This document shows, one piece after another, positions 1 through 12,588 of a DNA stretch of 64,000 nt. A model generated the notes under the pieces. The model worked only from the letters and a program-made list of their open reading frames with translations. It was not told the origin of the DNA and ran no database searches. How positions within the stretch are numbered: the first letter of the stretch is position 1; the number at the start of each line of letters is the position of its first letter. The position numbers and the translations under genes were made by a program. This DNA is from Heterodontus francisci (taxonomy: Eukaryota): NCBI RefSeq assembly GCF_036365525.1, contig NC_090374.1, positions 13,619,168 to 13,683,167 on the forward strand, written 5' to 3'.

Positions 1-890
1 CCAGATGGTGCAGGTGGGGAAGGAAGAGCTCACCAGGAATGAAGGGTGGGACGTCTGACAAAATGACCCGTTGTGCAATGGCCTCCAGGGGGTCCACTGG
101 CAGAAAGATCCCGCCACAGTGAGCCGCTTGCTCAGGGCCAGGGTCACCACCCGCTCGGTCTTCAGGAAAAACACTGCCTTCCTGTACATTATAGAGGCTG
201 CAACAATGGCCGAAGGGCCAACAAACCTGGCCATTGACTTAACACAAACCTCTATCGTCATGTTCGGATGGACTTGGCTCTTGACTCAATGCTTTGATGT
301 TATTAGAGCAAACGGTGACGGGGCAACAGCTGCAGTAGCATATGTGCGAGAAAGCCCTGTCACCGGCAAAGAGGGTCTTGCCATCGTGTCGCAGAACCAT
401 GCCCACCCTTAAGAAATTAGGCTAACAACAGTTTTTAAACTAAAGCAATATGATGGGAGGGGTGGTGGTGGGGGTAGAGGAGAATACGGGTGCAAAGGAA
501 AAGGACAAGGAGAGGAGAGGATAGATGTTGCTGTGTTTCGTGGTTGGAGCACCTCACTGTAGAGTCTACAGTCTACAGTCCAGTCTTCCAGTTAGCGGAG
601 TGTTCTTCGCCCGGGTCAGTTAGAGCCGCCCGGTTCTTTCCTTTTCCGCTGTTCTCTAAAAACTGTGAAGACTTTCTTCAGCCGGCCAGCTCCTGCCATC
701 CCGAGCCACACAATTGGGGGTGGGGAGGGAGCCCCCTTTGTGCAGGATGGAAGGTAAACACAAGAGCAAGTACACGGGCTTCCCTATAGAATTTGGCAGC
801 CCCACCCCTGGATCTTCCGCACCTCCTCCCTTCCCCAACAGTCTAAGCAAAAAACAGTTCTCTGCTGCTCCAACACCCATAGGGATAGAT
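1..890 (-). mobile_element. 5' part of a degenerate Tx1-clade LINE (5'UTR plus ORF1 start at 384)
   Basis: Minus-strand translation MARPSLPVTG...VGPSAIVAAS..KAVFFLKTER is homologous to ORF1 of the element at 48352-53655; contains a stop and a frameshift. Confidence 0.8.
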
Positions 891-934
891 TTGAAACAAA
901 TGTTTTTTATATATAAGCAGAGATATTCACTCAC

Positions 935-970
935 AGTCTTCTGAAGCACTGATTGTGAATCTCTTGCCAC
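935..970 (-). CDS. Exon 8: short cytoplasmic exon; gene likely continues beyond base 1
   Basis: Acceptor cttcttgttttggttaaag|, consensus donor |gtgagt, 36 nt, phase 1-1. Encodes GGKRFTISASED. Confidence 0.55.
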
Positions 971-1063
971 CTTTAACCAAAACAAGAAGTTCTGTTAGTT
1001 GGAAGATGAAATCTGAATATAAAATAAAAAACAGCTCTAAACCATTAAGGTGCAGCTGCGGAC

Positions 1064-3814
1064 ATTAGAACATTAGAACATTACAGCGCAGTACAGGCCC
1101 TTCGGCCCTCGATGTTGCGCCGACCTGTGAAATCATCTGACCTACACTATTCCATTTTCATCCATATGTCTATCCAATGACCACTTAAATGCCCTTAAAG
1201 TTGGCGAGTCTACTACTGTTGCAGGCAGGGCGTTCCACGCCCCTACTACTCTCTGAGTAAAGAAACTACCTCTAACATCTGTCCTATATCTATCACCCCT
1301 CAACTTAAAGCTATGTCCCCTCGTGTTTGCCATCACCATCCGAGGAAAAAGACTCTCACTATCTACCCGATCTAACCCTCTGATTATCTTATATGTCTCT
1401 ATTAAGTCACCTCTCCTCCTCCTTCTCTCCAACGAAAACAACCTCAAGTCCCTCAGCCTTTCCTCGCAAGACCTTCCCTCCATACCAGGCAACATCCTAG
1501 TAAATCTCCTCTGCACCCTTTCCAAAGGTTCCACATCCTTCCTATAATGCGGTGACCAGAACTGCACGCAATACTCCAGGTGCGGCCTCACCAGAGTTTT
1601 GTACAGCTGCAGCATGATCTCGTGGCTCCGAAACTCGATCCCCCTACTAATAAAAGCTAACACACCATATGCCTTCTTAACAACCTGGGTAGCAACTTTC
1701 AGGGATTTATGTACCTGGATACCAAGATCTCTCTGCTCATCTACACTACCAAGAATCTTCCCATTAGCCCAGTACTCTGCATTCCTGTTACTCCTTCCAA
1801 AGTGAATCACCTCACACTTTTCCGCATTAAACTCCATTTGCCATCTCTCAGCCCAGCTCTGCAGCCTATCTATGTCCCTCTGTACCCTACAACATCCTTC
1901 GGCACTATCCACAACTCCACCGACCTTCGTGTCATCCGCAAATTTACTAACCCACCCTTCTACACCCTCATCCAGGTCATTTATAAAAATGACAAACAGC
2001 AGTGGCCCCAAAACAGATCCTTGCAGTACACCACAAGTAACTAAACTCCAGGATGAACATTTGCCATCAACTACCACCCTCTGTCTTCTTTCAGCTAGCC
2101 AATTTCTGATCCAAAGCTCTAAATCACCTTCAACCCCATACTTCTGTATTTTCTGCAATAGCCTACCATGGGGAACCTTATCAAACGCCTTACTGAAATC
2201 CATATACACCACATCCACTGCTTTACCCTCATCCACCTGTTTGGTCACCTTCTTGAAAAACTCAATAAGGTTTGTGAGGCACGACCTACCCTTCACAAAA
2301 CCGTGCTGACTATCGCTAATGAACTTATTCTTTTCAAGATGATTATAAATCCTATCTCTTATAACCTTTTCCAACATTTTACCCACAACCGAAGTAAGGC
2401 TCACAGGTCTATAATTACCAGGGCTGTCTCTACTCCCCTCCTTGAACAAGGGGACAACATTTGCTATCCTCCAGTCTTCCGGCACTATTCCTGTCGACAA
2501 TGACGACATGAAGATCAAGGACAAAGGCTCTGCAATCTCCTCCCTGGCTTCCCAGAGAATCCTAGGATAAATCCCATCTGGCCCAGGAGACTTATCTATT
2601 TTCACACTTTCCAAAATTGCTAACACCTCCTCCTTGTGAACCTCAATCTCATCTATCCTAGTGGTCTGAATCTCAGTATTCTCCTCGACAATATTTTCCT
2701 TCTCTACTGTAAATACTGACGAAAAATATTCATTTAACGCTTCCCCTATCTCCTCTGATTCCACACACAACTTCCCACTACTATCCTTGATTGGCCCTAA
2801 TCTAACTCTAGTCATTCTTTTATTCCTGATATACCTATAGAAAGCCTTAGGGTTTTCCTTGTTCCTATCCGCCAATGACTTCTCTTGTCCTCTCCTTGCT
2901 CTTCTTAGCTCTCCCTTTGGATCCTTCCTGGCTAGCTTGTAACTCTCAAGTGCCCTAACTGAGCCTTCACGTCTCATCCTAACATCAGCCTTCTTCTTCC
3001 TCTTGACAAACGCTTCAACCTCTTTAGTAAACCACGGCTCCCTCGCTCGACAACTTCCTCCCTGCCTCACAGGTACATACTTATCAAGGACACGCAGTAG
3101 CTGCTCCTTGAATAAGCTCCACATTTCGATTGTGCCCATCCCCTGCAGTTTCCTTCCCCATCCTACGCATCCTAAATCTTGCCTAATCGCATCATAATTT
3201 CCTTTCCCCCAGCTATAATTTTTGCCCTGCGGTATATACCTGTCCCTGCCCATCGCTAAGGTAAACCTAACCGAATTGTGATCACTATCACCAAAGTGCT
3301 CACCTACATCTAAATCTAACACCTGGCCAGGTTCATTACCCAGTACCAAATCCAATGTGGCATCGCCCCTGTTTGGCCTGTCTATATACTGTGTCAGAAA
3401 ACCCTCCTGCACACACTGGACAAAAACTGATCCATCTAAAGTACTCGAACTATAGTATTTCCAGTCAAAATTTGGAAAGTTAAAGTCCCCCATAACAACT
3501 ACCCTGTTACTCTCGCTCCTGTCGAGAATCATCTTCGCTATCCTTTCCTCTACATCTCTGGAACTATTCAGAGGTCTACAGAAAACTCCCAACAGGGTGA
3601 CCTCTCCTCTCCTGTTTCTAACCTCGGCCCATACTACCTCAGTAGACGAGTCCTCAAACGTCCTTTCTGCCGCTGTTATACTCTCCTTGATTAACAATGC
3701 CACACCCCCCCCTCTTTTACCATCTTCTCTGTTCTTACTGAAACATCTAAATCCCGGAACCTGCAACATCCATTCCTGCCCCTGCTCTACCCATGTCTCC
3801 GAAATGGCCACAAC
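1064..3814 (-). mobile_element. Young 5'-truncated CR1 LINE (copy A), uninterrupted partial EN plus RT frame
   Basis: ORF 1142-3832 has APE motifs (GDFN, SDH) and RT motifs (QGSVLGP, FADD); 3' tail (CTAATGTT)n. Near-identical to the copies at 19451-23768 and 32778-35514. Confidence 0.97.
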
Positions 3815-3856
3815 CTGTTCGGTTGGTGTCAATCTCAGCGTAGGTGCAGGAATTGT
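3815..3856 (-). CDS. Exon 7: tyrosine-motif exon (ITIM-like CTYAEI)
   Basis: Begins at the first AG after the pyrimidine tract tttcactcctgtttgtctt (an AAG acceptor); 42 nt, phase 1-1. Encodes DNSCTYAEIDTNRT. Its GT donor coincides with the 5' end of a CR1 insertion. Confidence 0.65.
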
Positions 3857-3919
3857 CTTGTGTTGTAAGACAAACAGGAGTGAAATAGTGTTATTCGTCC
3901 GACATATTTGTCCTTAGGT

Positions 3920-4035
3920 GTCAGCCGTGCCTCGATGAATGACACACTCGCCTCAGAGTCTGAAGGTTGTTGGTTCAAATCCACACTCGGGAGACCTGAA
4001 CACAAAATCTAGGCTGATGCTTCAGTAAAGTACAT
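3920..4035 (+). mobile_element. 5' fragment of SacSINE1-like DeuSINE
   Basis: tRNA-like head gtcagccgtg...ggttcaaatcc, homologous to the start of 16257-16675. Confidence 0.6.
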
Positions 4036-4037
4036 AG

Positions 4038-4680
4038 GGGGCAGTAGTGTAGTGGCAATGTTACTGGACTCATCCAGGGGATTGGACTAATGCTCGGGAG
4101 ATGAGTTCAAATCCCAACACGGCAACTGATGGAATTTAAATTCAATTAATTAACTAAACTGGAATAAAAAGTAATGATAATCATGAAACTACTGGATTGT
4201 TATAAAGCCCATCTGGTTCATAAGCATCCTTCAGGGAAAGAAATCTGCTATCCTTACTCAGTCTGGCCTTCTTGTGACTCTAGACCCTTAACTGCCCTCT
4301 GAAATGGCCTGCAAGCCACTCAATTGTATCAAACTGCTACAGAAAAGTCAAAGAAGAATAAAGTATGAGCAAGGAAACCTCCTGCAGATTACCACCTCCC
4401 ACCCTCCCTCACCATGCTAAATGAGATAGATTCAGAGCAGATCTAGCAGCTCAAAACAGGCATCTATGAGGCGCTGTGGGTCATCAGCAGCAGGATTGTA
4501 TTCAATCACAATCTTGTAACCTCATGACCTGGCATATCCCTCACTCTACCGTTACCATCAAGTGAGGGGATCAACCCTGATTTGATCAGGAGCAGCACCA
4601 GGCATACCTGAAAATGAGATGCTAACTGGGTGAAGCGACAACACAGGACTACATGCATGCTCAAGGACATAAGCGAACGA
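4038..4680 (+). mobile_element. Decayed 5' part of the tRNA-headed LINE family
   Basis: A/B-box head followed by fragments homologous to 44570-45945. Confidence 0.65.
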
Positions 4681-5100
4681 GTCATGCTTTGCTGACAATC
4701 CAACAGCTTCACAGTCATTTACTGATACCAGCTTTTTCAATTCCAGATTTCTTTATGAAATGATTTCAAGTTCTCAAACTGCCATGGTGGAATTTAAACT
4801 TCTGATCTAACCTGCTGTATTAATCCAAGCGTCTAGATTAGAAGCAGTAATAAATACAGGTCACTGTGACCCATCTGTAATATGTCCTTTTTAATGATAT
4901 AAAACTTTATGTTATCTATAAAAAGGTCTAAGCACATTTAGGCCACTTTGATGTGTTTCTGCAAAACAAAAGCACGTTTATCCCCACCGGCTGCAATGTA
5001 GCCACGGTGACCCTTTTAAAGGGCATGACATTTGATCGGCTCACGTCTTCGAGTTTTGGGAAAAACTCTCCTACAGAATCTGTACAGACAGAATCTTTGC

Positions 5101-5803
5101 GGGGAATTTTATGCTCTCCCCATGGGCGACTTTGGAGGCAGGGAGAGCATTAATCGGGCGGGATGGTGGCAGTGGGGCCCCCGCCACCTTCCCACCTCCA
5201 TCAAATTTAGTCCGGGGCGGGGGCAACTGGAATTAGCCCAGTGGGCGTGGGGTGGGTGAGGAGGGGGGGCACTGGGGGCGGGCCTATCACCGCACATGGA
5301 GCATGCCAAGCAAACTTGTGTGGGTTGCCTGCTGGCTCTGGGGTGGGAGTGTCCCTCATTAAAGGACAATGAGTGCTTGATCGAGAGAGCGAGAATTGGA
5401 AAGGGGGGGGGGGGGGGGGTGCCCGCTGAGAACCACCCCCTGCCCTGACTGTCGATCCCTTACACACCCTTCCCTGTGACCCCCCCAACCCGCGAAACCC
5501 CTCACGCTGTGACGTACCTGTGGCCTGGGTCCAGTGCCTCCGGTGAGTTCAGTGCCGGCAGCTGCCACAGCCTCTGTGGTGGTGCTGCTCAGTTAAACAG
5601 CTGCCAGCCTCTGACTGGCTAACAGCTCTCAGCAGGCAGGACTTCCGCCACCGGGTTCCTTCATCCTGGGGACGGCCCGCCGCTGTCTACTTGAGTGCCT
5701 AACTGGCACGTAATATGGCAGGACTTCCCCAGAGGAGGCAACGCAGGGCTCTCGCTGGGGCTTTAACTGGTGGCTGAGACCCCTGTGACCCAGATAAAAT
5801 CCC
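5101..5803. mobile_element. GC-rich MITE-like element
   Basis: Inverted termini ggggaattttat ... ataaaatccc, internal G/C runs, no coding signature. Confidence 0.55.
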
Positions 5804-6647
5804 AGCCTTCGATTTATTCTGCAGGTGGTCACTTCAGGTAAAGGTTTCAACAAACCTTTTCAAGAGGAATTAGACAACTGCTTCAAAGTGTGTAATTAAA
5901 GGGTATGGGAAATGAATAGGAGAGTCGGATAGACCGAGTGAGTCATTGAAGGGTGTGGGGAGTGAACAGAAAAGTGGGATTAGACTGGATGGGATACCAA
6001 AGGTTATGGTTGTGGAGCAGTAGAGAGTGCAATTACACTAGATAGGATATTGAAGAGTCTGGGCAGTGACAGGATGGTGGGAGTAGAATGCATGGGATAT
6101 CAAGAGGAATGAGTAAATATTCTGGAATATTAATTAGTGCCCTGAATACCTTCTGTCTCCACCCCTCCCCCCGCCCCTTCATTCGGCAGTGAGTTTTATC
6201 AGTTCTGTTAACTCTTTCAGCACAATGTGGTTTTGAATATTTCTCTCTGGTTGTGGCTCGTTCACCCCCTCCCTCCCTCAGGTACATCTACAGTCCCACT
6301 TTCAACTTCCTCTGCAAAAACTGAGGTAAATCAAAGTGTAGCAGGCGGGCGACTCCAAGAATGGTGTTTATAAACCTGTAGACTGTAGCAGGAAGGGAAA
6401 ACTGAGGGAGGAGTTGTACAGTTTACAGAGAAAGAATAAGTGAGAGTAGGAGATGGTTCTGCGGAGTGAGCAGGAGATGGTGTGATGAACCTTGGTTAGA
6501 TGCTGCTTTCCCCCTCCCAGCACAGCTATTGGGAGTCTTTTGGATGACTGAAGATGAGGAGAGAGTTTCAGCCAGTAATTCAACCTGAGGATTCAGGTAA
6601 TGTGAAATGGTTATTGTCCAAAAAATAATCTAGAGGCAGCGATTGAG

Positions 6648-6829
6648 GGGAGGATTTTCACCTTCACGGCCTGGGCAATTGTCGAGAGAGGATCACCCGC
6701 CCTTTATAGAACAAACCTGATTTACACTCAATTATTTTCAATAGTATGAAATTCGGACAGGGTCTATAAAGGGTCATCAATCTGTCCCATCAGTTTATCA
6801 CTCAGATAATGAAGGTGAGAATCTGCCCC
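6648..6829. mobile_element. Short palindromic MITE-like element
   Basis: Inverted termini gggaggattttcaccttca ... tgaaggtgagaatctgccc. Confidence 0.55.
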
Positions 6830-6931
6830 TGAATATCTGTCCAGTATTTTCTATTTGTAGATATTCTGTAAACTCTCTCTGCTAAACTGTCTGAATGGAC
6901 TTTGATCTGTTAACTGGAGTGTAGACGGTAC

Positions 6932-6993
6932 CTGGTGCAGACTGCTGGTGGGTCTGATCGGTCCCGGCAATGCTGGATGAATCTGGATCCTTC
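6932..6993 (-). CDS. Exon 6: cytoplasmic exon (extends to stop at 6882 if the donor at 6931 is not used)
   Basis: Acceptor ggttttttttcag|, phase 2. Encodes KDPDSSSIAGTDQTHQQSAP, then either the donor CAG|gtaccg (phase 1) or read-through GTVYTPVNRSKSIQTV*. Confidence 0.78.
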
Positions 6994-7724
6994 CTGAAAA
7001 AAAACCAGCGACAGAAATATTCAGAGAAAGCTAATGGAATAATTGCAGGTGACAGTAAGGAACATCCTGTGTACACATCATCTTCCTGTTCATGTTATAC
7101 AGAGAACAGATTTCTGAGAGTGAGTAACACAGTTAATCGATCGAACCCTGCTGGAAATTGCAGATGCTGGGATGTGGACACAATCAGACTTAGTGCAGGT
7201 GAATAGATCACCACTGCTCACAGTCTCAGCTTGGCACCAGAGTGTGACTGGTATCCAAGGAACCCAGGGCATAGTCAGCAGCTGCAACACTGGGAGGGCT
7301 GCAGAAACTAGAAAAAAAATCAAGGTAACAAATGATTCCAGGCAGCTTTGATGCACCTTCCAGTAACTGGTTCTAGGGCAGTAATGGGGGGGTTATTGGA
7401 GATAAGAGATAAATTTCTGCAGCGGCTTTTCAAAGTCGTCTGCCGTAACTTTGGTGGGAGAGTTGCTGAAACCCTAGAAAATGGAGGACGATCGGGTGAC
7501 TCCCTCCCACCCAGTGGAAATTCAGCTGTTTGAAGGGGAAGGGAGAAAATAACAATATTCAAAAATACTATAAAATGACACACTTCCATATTATACTCAA
7601 ACATTCACCGCAACTGATAACAATTCAATCAAGGAAAGTCTTTCCCTCCAGCAGGCATCCACTACAACTCAGTGTCGAAAGTGATAAAAATGAGCAAGAA
7701 CCTCATTTTTACACTAAAATAAAA

Positions 7725-7915
7725 GACTTCATTTATATATTGCCTTACACGACCATCGGACATCTCAAAGTGCTTTACAGCCAATGAAATACTTTTTGAA
7801 GTGTAGTCACTGTTGTCATGCAGCAAACACAGCAGCCAGTGCACGCACAGCACCTCCCACAAACAGCAATATGTCAATCACCAGATAATCTGTCTTTGTG
7901 AAGTTGATTGAGGGT
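7725..7915 (-). mobile_element. 3' fragment of SacSINE1-like SINE
   Basis: Reverse complement matches the 3' half of 16257-16675. Confidence 0.6.
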
Positions 7916-8213
7916 GAATTAAAGGTTAATTTGGGGAAGGAAGCTCACAGGTGAATCTGGAGTCAGAGATTTACAAGCATCCTGGCAATTGGGAGCTTTT
8001 GCTCAGTAACGATTAGCCTGTGATTCATCTCAGAGCCTTTTCAGATCACTTTCCGCACAGCAAGTGCCTGAACAGCTGCTTTGAAAGGACAATCCGTGTT
8101 CACAGTTCATCACCATCAGGCTGCACTCTTATCTGTGAGCAAAAGATGTTCAATTCAACTCTGGACCAGGGAACTTAAGCTACCCTGCATGTATTAATAG
8201 ACAATCATCCTAC

Positions 8214-8253
8214 CTTTTTGTACATCTGATGCACCCTATTAGCCATGAACATC
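8214..8253 (-). CDS. Exon 5: Cys-rich juxtamembrane cytoplasmic exon
   Basis: Acceptor catttttatctctttag|, donor AAAG|gtagga, 40 nt, phase 1-2. Encodes GCSWLIGCIRCTKR and supplies exactly the phase change needed to join the TM exon to exon 6. Confidence 0.8.
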
Positions 8254-8899
8254 CTAAAGAGATAAAAATGATGAGTAAATATTTAGTTGATTAACTGAAA
8301 TCCTTATCTGGAGCATTAGAAAATGAAAGATAAAAAAGTTAATCAAAGCCACACCCCATCTACACTCTACCCCATCATGGACTCTACCCACACATTTAAT
8401 CCCCTCCCACAGCCCATGTTCACTGATTGGTCCATATCATTCCATGTGCCATGAGTGAATGTGAAGAATGTAGCCAATTAGAATTTTATACAATGGCGTA
8501 CACGTGAAGCACACACTAAATCCTGCACACTACCTTTAACATGTTGATCACATTATATTGACAAATGTATTACATAAACTCCACTATTGGAAGGGTATCA
8601 GGCCAAACCAACCCTTTTCATCAATACATACATATTGCACAATTGGATAGGTCTGGGGTTTTATTATATGATCCTTAGATTCTTTTTCTCAAGACCACCC
8701 AACATAGTCCAGTCCAATATCAATTATTGACCAAACCAGATTGCCAACAGCAGGAATCCCAACACCGAGTGAAGAGTAACAAAACACTTTCTGCCACACA
8801 AACTGTTCCACCGCCAGTTCTCTCTGTCTTTGTTCTTTTGCATTGCCCTTGCCCACTGCCCTTTCTCTGATTTCTTAAAATGTTTGTTCATTTCAGAAG

Positions 8900-9345
8900 A
8901 ATCAAAGAATCTTACAAAACAGAAGGAGGTCATTCGGCCCATTGTGCCAGTGCCGGCTCTTTGAAAGAACTTTCCAATCAGTTCCTTCCCCCTAGCTTTC
9001 CCCCAAAGCCCTGTAAATATCCAATTCCCTTTTGGAAGTTACTATTGAATCGGCTTCAATCGCCCTTTCAGGCAGCGCATTCCAGACCAGGACAACTCGC
9101 TAGATGAAAAAAATGTCATGTCACCTCAGGCTCTTTTGCCAATTACCTTAAATCTGTGGCCTCTGGTTACTGACCCCCTGCCAGTGGAAACAGTTTCTCC
9201 ATATTTACTTTATTAAAACCCTTCATGATTTTGAACACATCTATGAAATCTCCCCTGAACCTTCTCTGCTTTAAGGAGAACAACCCCAGCTTCTCTGGTT
9301 TCTGCACATAACTGAAAACCCTCATCTCTGATACCAGGCCAGTAA
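8900..9345 (-). mobile_element. Old CR1 3' fragment
   Basis: Encodes LGLFSLKQRRFRGDFIDVFKIMKG followed by a CR1-type 3'UTR. Confidence 0.8.
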
Positions 9346-9469
9346 ATCTCCGAGAAAAGCCAACGCGTTTACATTGATCCCTTTCCAAGGTGTCGTTCAA
9401 ACATAGAGACATATCTTAGGACATCATAACCATCGCTCTACTGGAACTGTCACAATATCATTGCTACAC

Positions 9470-12400
9470 TGATGGGTTGCATCTAAACTGGAGGGGGACC
9501 ATTATCCTTGCGGGGAGGTTTGCTAGTACTACTCAGGAGGGTTTAAACTAGTCTTGCAGGGGGGTGGGACCCAAAGTACTAGTCTCTCCGATGAGATAGT
9601 TGAGGCAAATGTAGATGTTAAAGCAAACAAGTCCAGTAGGAAGATGGGCAGGGGCAGGACAGGGAGCGTGGAAGGTCTGATAGGCTAAACTGCATTTACT
9701 TTAATGCAAGAAGCCTTACAGGTAAGGTAGATGAACTCAGAGCATGGATCGGTACATGGGATTATGATATTATAGCTATTACAGAAACGTGGTTGAGGGA
9801 TGGGCAGGACTGGCAGCTCAATGTTCCGGGGTACTGATGCTTCCGGCGTGACAGAGGTGGAGGTAAGAGAGGAGGGGGAGTTGCACTATTGATTAGGGAG
9901 GACATCACGGCAGTACTTAGAGAGGATATCCCGGGGGGAATGTCCAGCGAAGCCATATGGGTAGAATTTGAAATAAGAAACGGGTGATCAATTTGATGGG
10001 ATTATACTATAGACCCCCCAATAGTCAGAGGGAAGTGGAGGAGCATAGATGTAGGGAAATCACAGATTGGTGTTGGAATTACAGGGTTGTAATAGTGGGC
10101 GATTTTAACTTCCCTAATATTGACTGGGACTGCCTTAGTGCTAAGGGATCAGATGGGGAAGAATTTGTGAAGTGTGTCCAGGATAGTTTTCTGAAGCAGA
10201 ATGTGGATGGCCCTACTAGAGAAGGGGCTATACGCGACCTTCTCTTAGGAAATGAGGATGGGCAGGTGGTTGATATGTTAGTGGGGGAGCACTTTGGGAC
10301 CAGTGACCATAACTCTATTAGCTTCAAGATAGTTGTGGAAAAGGATAGGATTGGTCCTCAGGTTGAAGTCCTAAATTGGGGGAAGGCTAATTTCGATGGC
10401 ATCAGACATGAACTCTCAAAAGTTGAATGGGAGAGGCTGTTTACAGGTAAAGGGACGTCTGGCAAGTGGGAGGCTTTTAAAAGTGAGATTGGAAGAGTTT
10501 AGGGCCGGCATGTTCCTGTTAGATGGAAGGGCAAGGATGGTAAGATTAGGGAACCTTGGTTGACGAGGGATATTGAGGGTCTGGTCAGGACAAAGAAGGA
10601 GGCATATGTCAGGTACAGGCAGCTGGGATCAAGCAAGTCCCTGGAGGAGTATAGAGGATGTAGGACTACACTTAAGAAGGAAATCAGGAGGGTGAAAAGG
10701 GGCCATGAGATTTCCCTGGCATATAAGATAAAGGAGAATCCTGAAATATTCTATAAGTATATTAAGAGCAAAAGGGTAGCTAGGGAGAGAGTAGGCCCCC
10801 TTAAGGATCAGTATGGCAATCTGTGTGTGGAGCCACGGGAAATGGGCGAGGTCTTAAATGAATATTTCTCGTCCGTATTTACCGTGGAGACGGTCATGGA
10901 AGCTAGTAAGTACAAGGGAGGGAACAGCGATATCCTGGAGCATATCAACATTACAAAGGAGGAGGTGATAGAGGTTTTGAAGCGCATTAAGGTGGATAAA
11001 TCCCCAGGGCCTGAACAGGTGTATCCTAGGATGCTATGGGAAGCAAGGGAGGAGATTGCCGGGCCCTGGCAGAGATTTTTGTATCATCGTTAGCCACGGG
11101 TGAGGTACCGGAAGACTGCAGGATAGCTAATGTTCTGCCTGTATCTAAGAAGGGCAGCAGGGATAAACCAGGGAACTACAGGCCGGTAAGCCTACCACAT
11201 CAGTGGTGGGAAAATTATTGGAAGGGATTCTGAGAGACAGGATTTATATGCATTTGGAAAGGCATGGTCTGATTAGGGATAGTCAGCATGGCTTTGTGTG
11301 TGGGAAATCATGTCTCACGAATTTGATTGAGTTTTTCGAGGAGGTGATCAAGAGGATTGACGAGGGCAGGGTGATGGACGTTGTCTACATGGACTTTAGC
11401 AAGGCCTCTGACAAGGTCCTGCATGGTAGGCTGGTCCAGAAGGTTCGAACACATGGGATCCGGGGTGAGCTAGCAAATTGGATACAAAATTGGCTTGGTG
11501 ATAGGAGGCAGAGCATATCCTGGAGCATATCAACATTATAAAGGAGGGTTTATTGTCAGATTGGAGGCCGGTGATCAGTGGTGTGCCGCAGGGATCGGTG
11601 CTGGGCCCTCTGTTGTTTGTCATATATATTAATGACTTGGATGTGAATGTAGGGGGAATGAGTAGTATGTCTGCAGAAGACACCAAAATTGGTGGTATAG
11701 TGGACAGTGAAGAAGGTTGTCTAAGGTTACAACAGGATATAGATCAGCTGGGAAAGTGGGCAAGGGAGTGGCAAATGGAATTTAACTCAGACAAGTGCGA
11801 AGTGATGCATTTTGGGAAGTTAAGCCAGGGCAGAACATATACAGTGAATGGCAAGGCCCTGGGGAGTGTGGTTGAGCAGAGAGACCTTGGGGTGCAAGAC
11901 ATAGTTCCCTGAAAGTGGCAACACAGGTAGACAGGGTGGTGAAGAAGGCGTATGGCATGCTTGCCTTCATCGGCCGAGGCATTGAGTACAAGAGTTGAGT
12001 CGTCATGTTACAGTTGTACATAATGTTGGTTCGGCCGCATTTGGAGTACTGTGCGCAGTTCAGGCCGCCGCACTACAGGAAAGATGTGATTCAGCTAGAG
12101 AGGGTGCAGAAAGGATTCACAAGGATGTTGCCTGGTTTGGAGGGCTTGAGTTATAAGGAGAGATTGGATAGGCTGGGTCTGTTTTCCCTGGAGCGAAGAA
12201 GGCTGAGAGGGGACATGATAGAGGTATATAAAATTATGAAAGGCATAGATAGGGTAGATAGCCAGAGTCTGTTTCCCATGGTAGGGGTGACTAAAACTAG
12301 AGGGCATAGATTTAAGGTGAGAGGGAGGAAGTTTAAAGGGGATCAAAGGGGTAAATTTTTCACACAAAGAATAGTGGGTATCTGGAATGAGCTGCCTGAG

Positions 12401-12588
12401 GAGGTGGTGGAGGCAGGAACAGTAGCAACATTTAAGAGGCATCTGGACAGGTACTTGAATGAGCAAGGCATAGAGGGATATGGAATTAATGCAGGCAGGT
12501 GGGATTAGTATAGATAGGCATTATGGTTGGCAAGGACGCGATGGGCCAAAGGGCCTGTTTCTATGCTGTATGACTCGATGACTCTATA
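9470..12588 (+). mobile_element. Degenerate CR1 LINE (family C): ORF1 end plus ORF2
   Basis: DGLHLN...QEGLN* (esterase C-terminus), then fragmented EN/RT ORFs and a tail of gactctat-like repeats. Confidence 0.93.

Noticed and set aside
1142-3832. 896-aa ORF as a receptor-RT fusion or domesticated gene
   Set aside because: Its first six codons overlap exon 7 in a different frame and start at TTG. Receptor-frame read-through stops after ~23 codons. It is a young CR1.
7090-7307. Hydrophobic ORF VSAALPVLQLLTMPW as a second TM or GPI exon
   Set aside because: Proline-rich, no compatible donor, and it lies downstream of a clear TM exon.
7356-7526. Alternative phase 1-2 cytoplasmic exon (AEFPLGG...VTGR)
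   Set aside because: Good acceptor but weak donor (gtgcat) and a MITE-like interior; 8214-8253 fits better. Not excluded as a minor exon.
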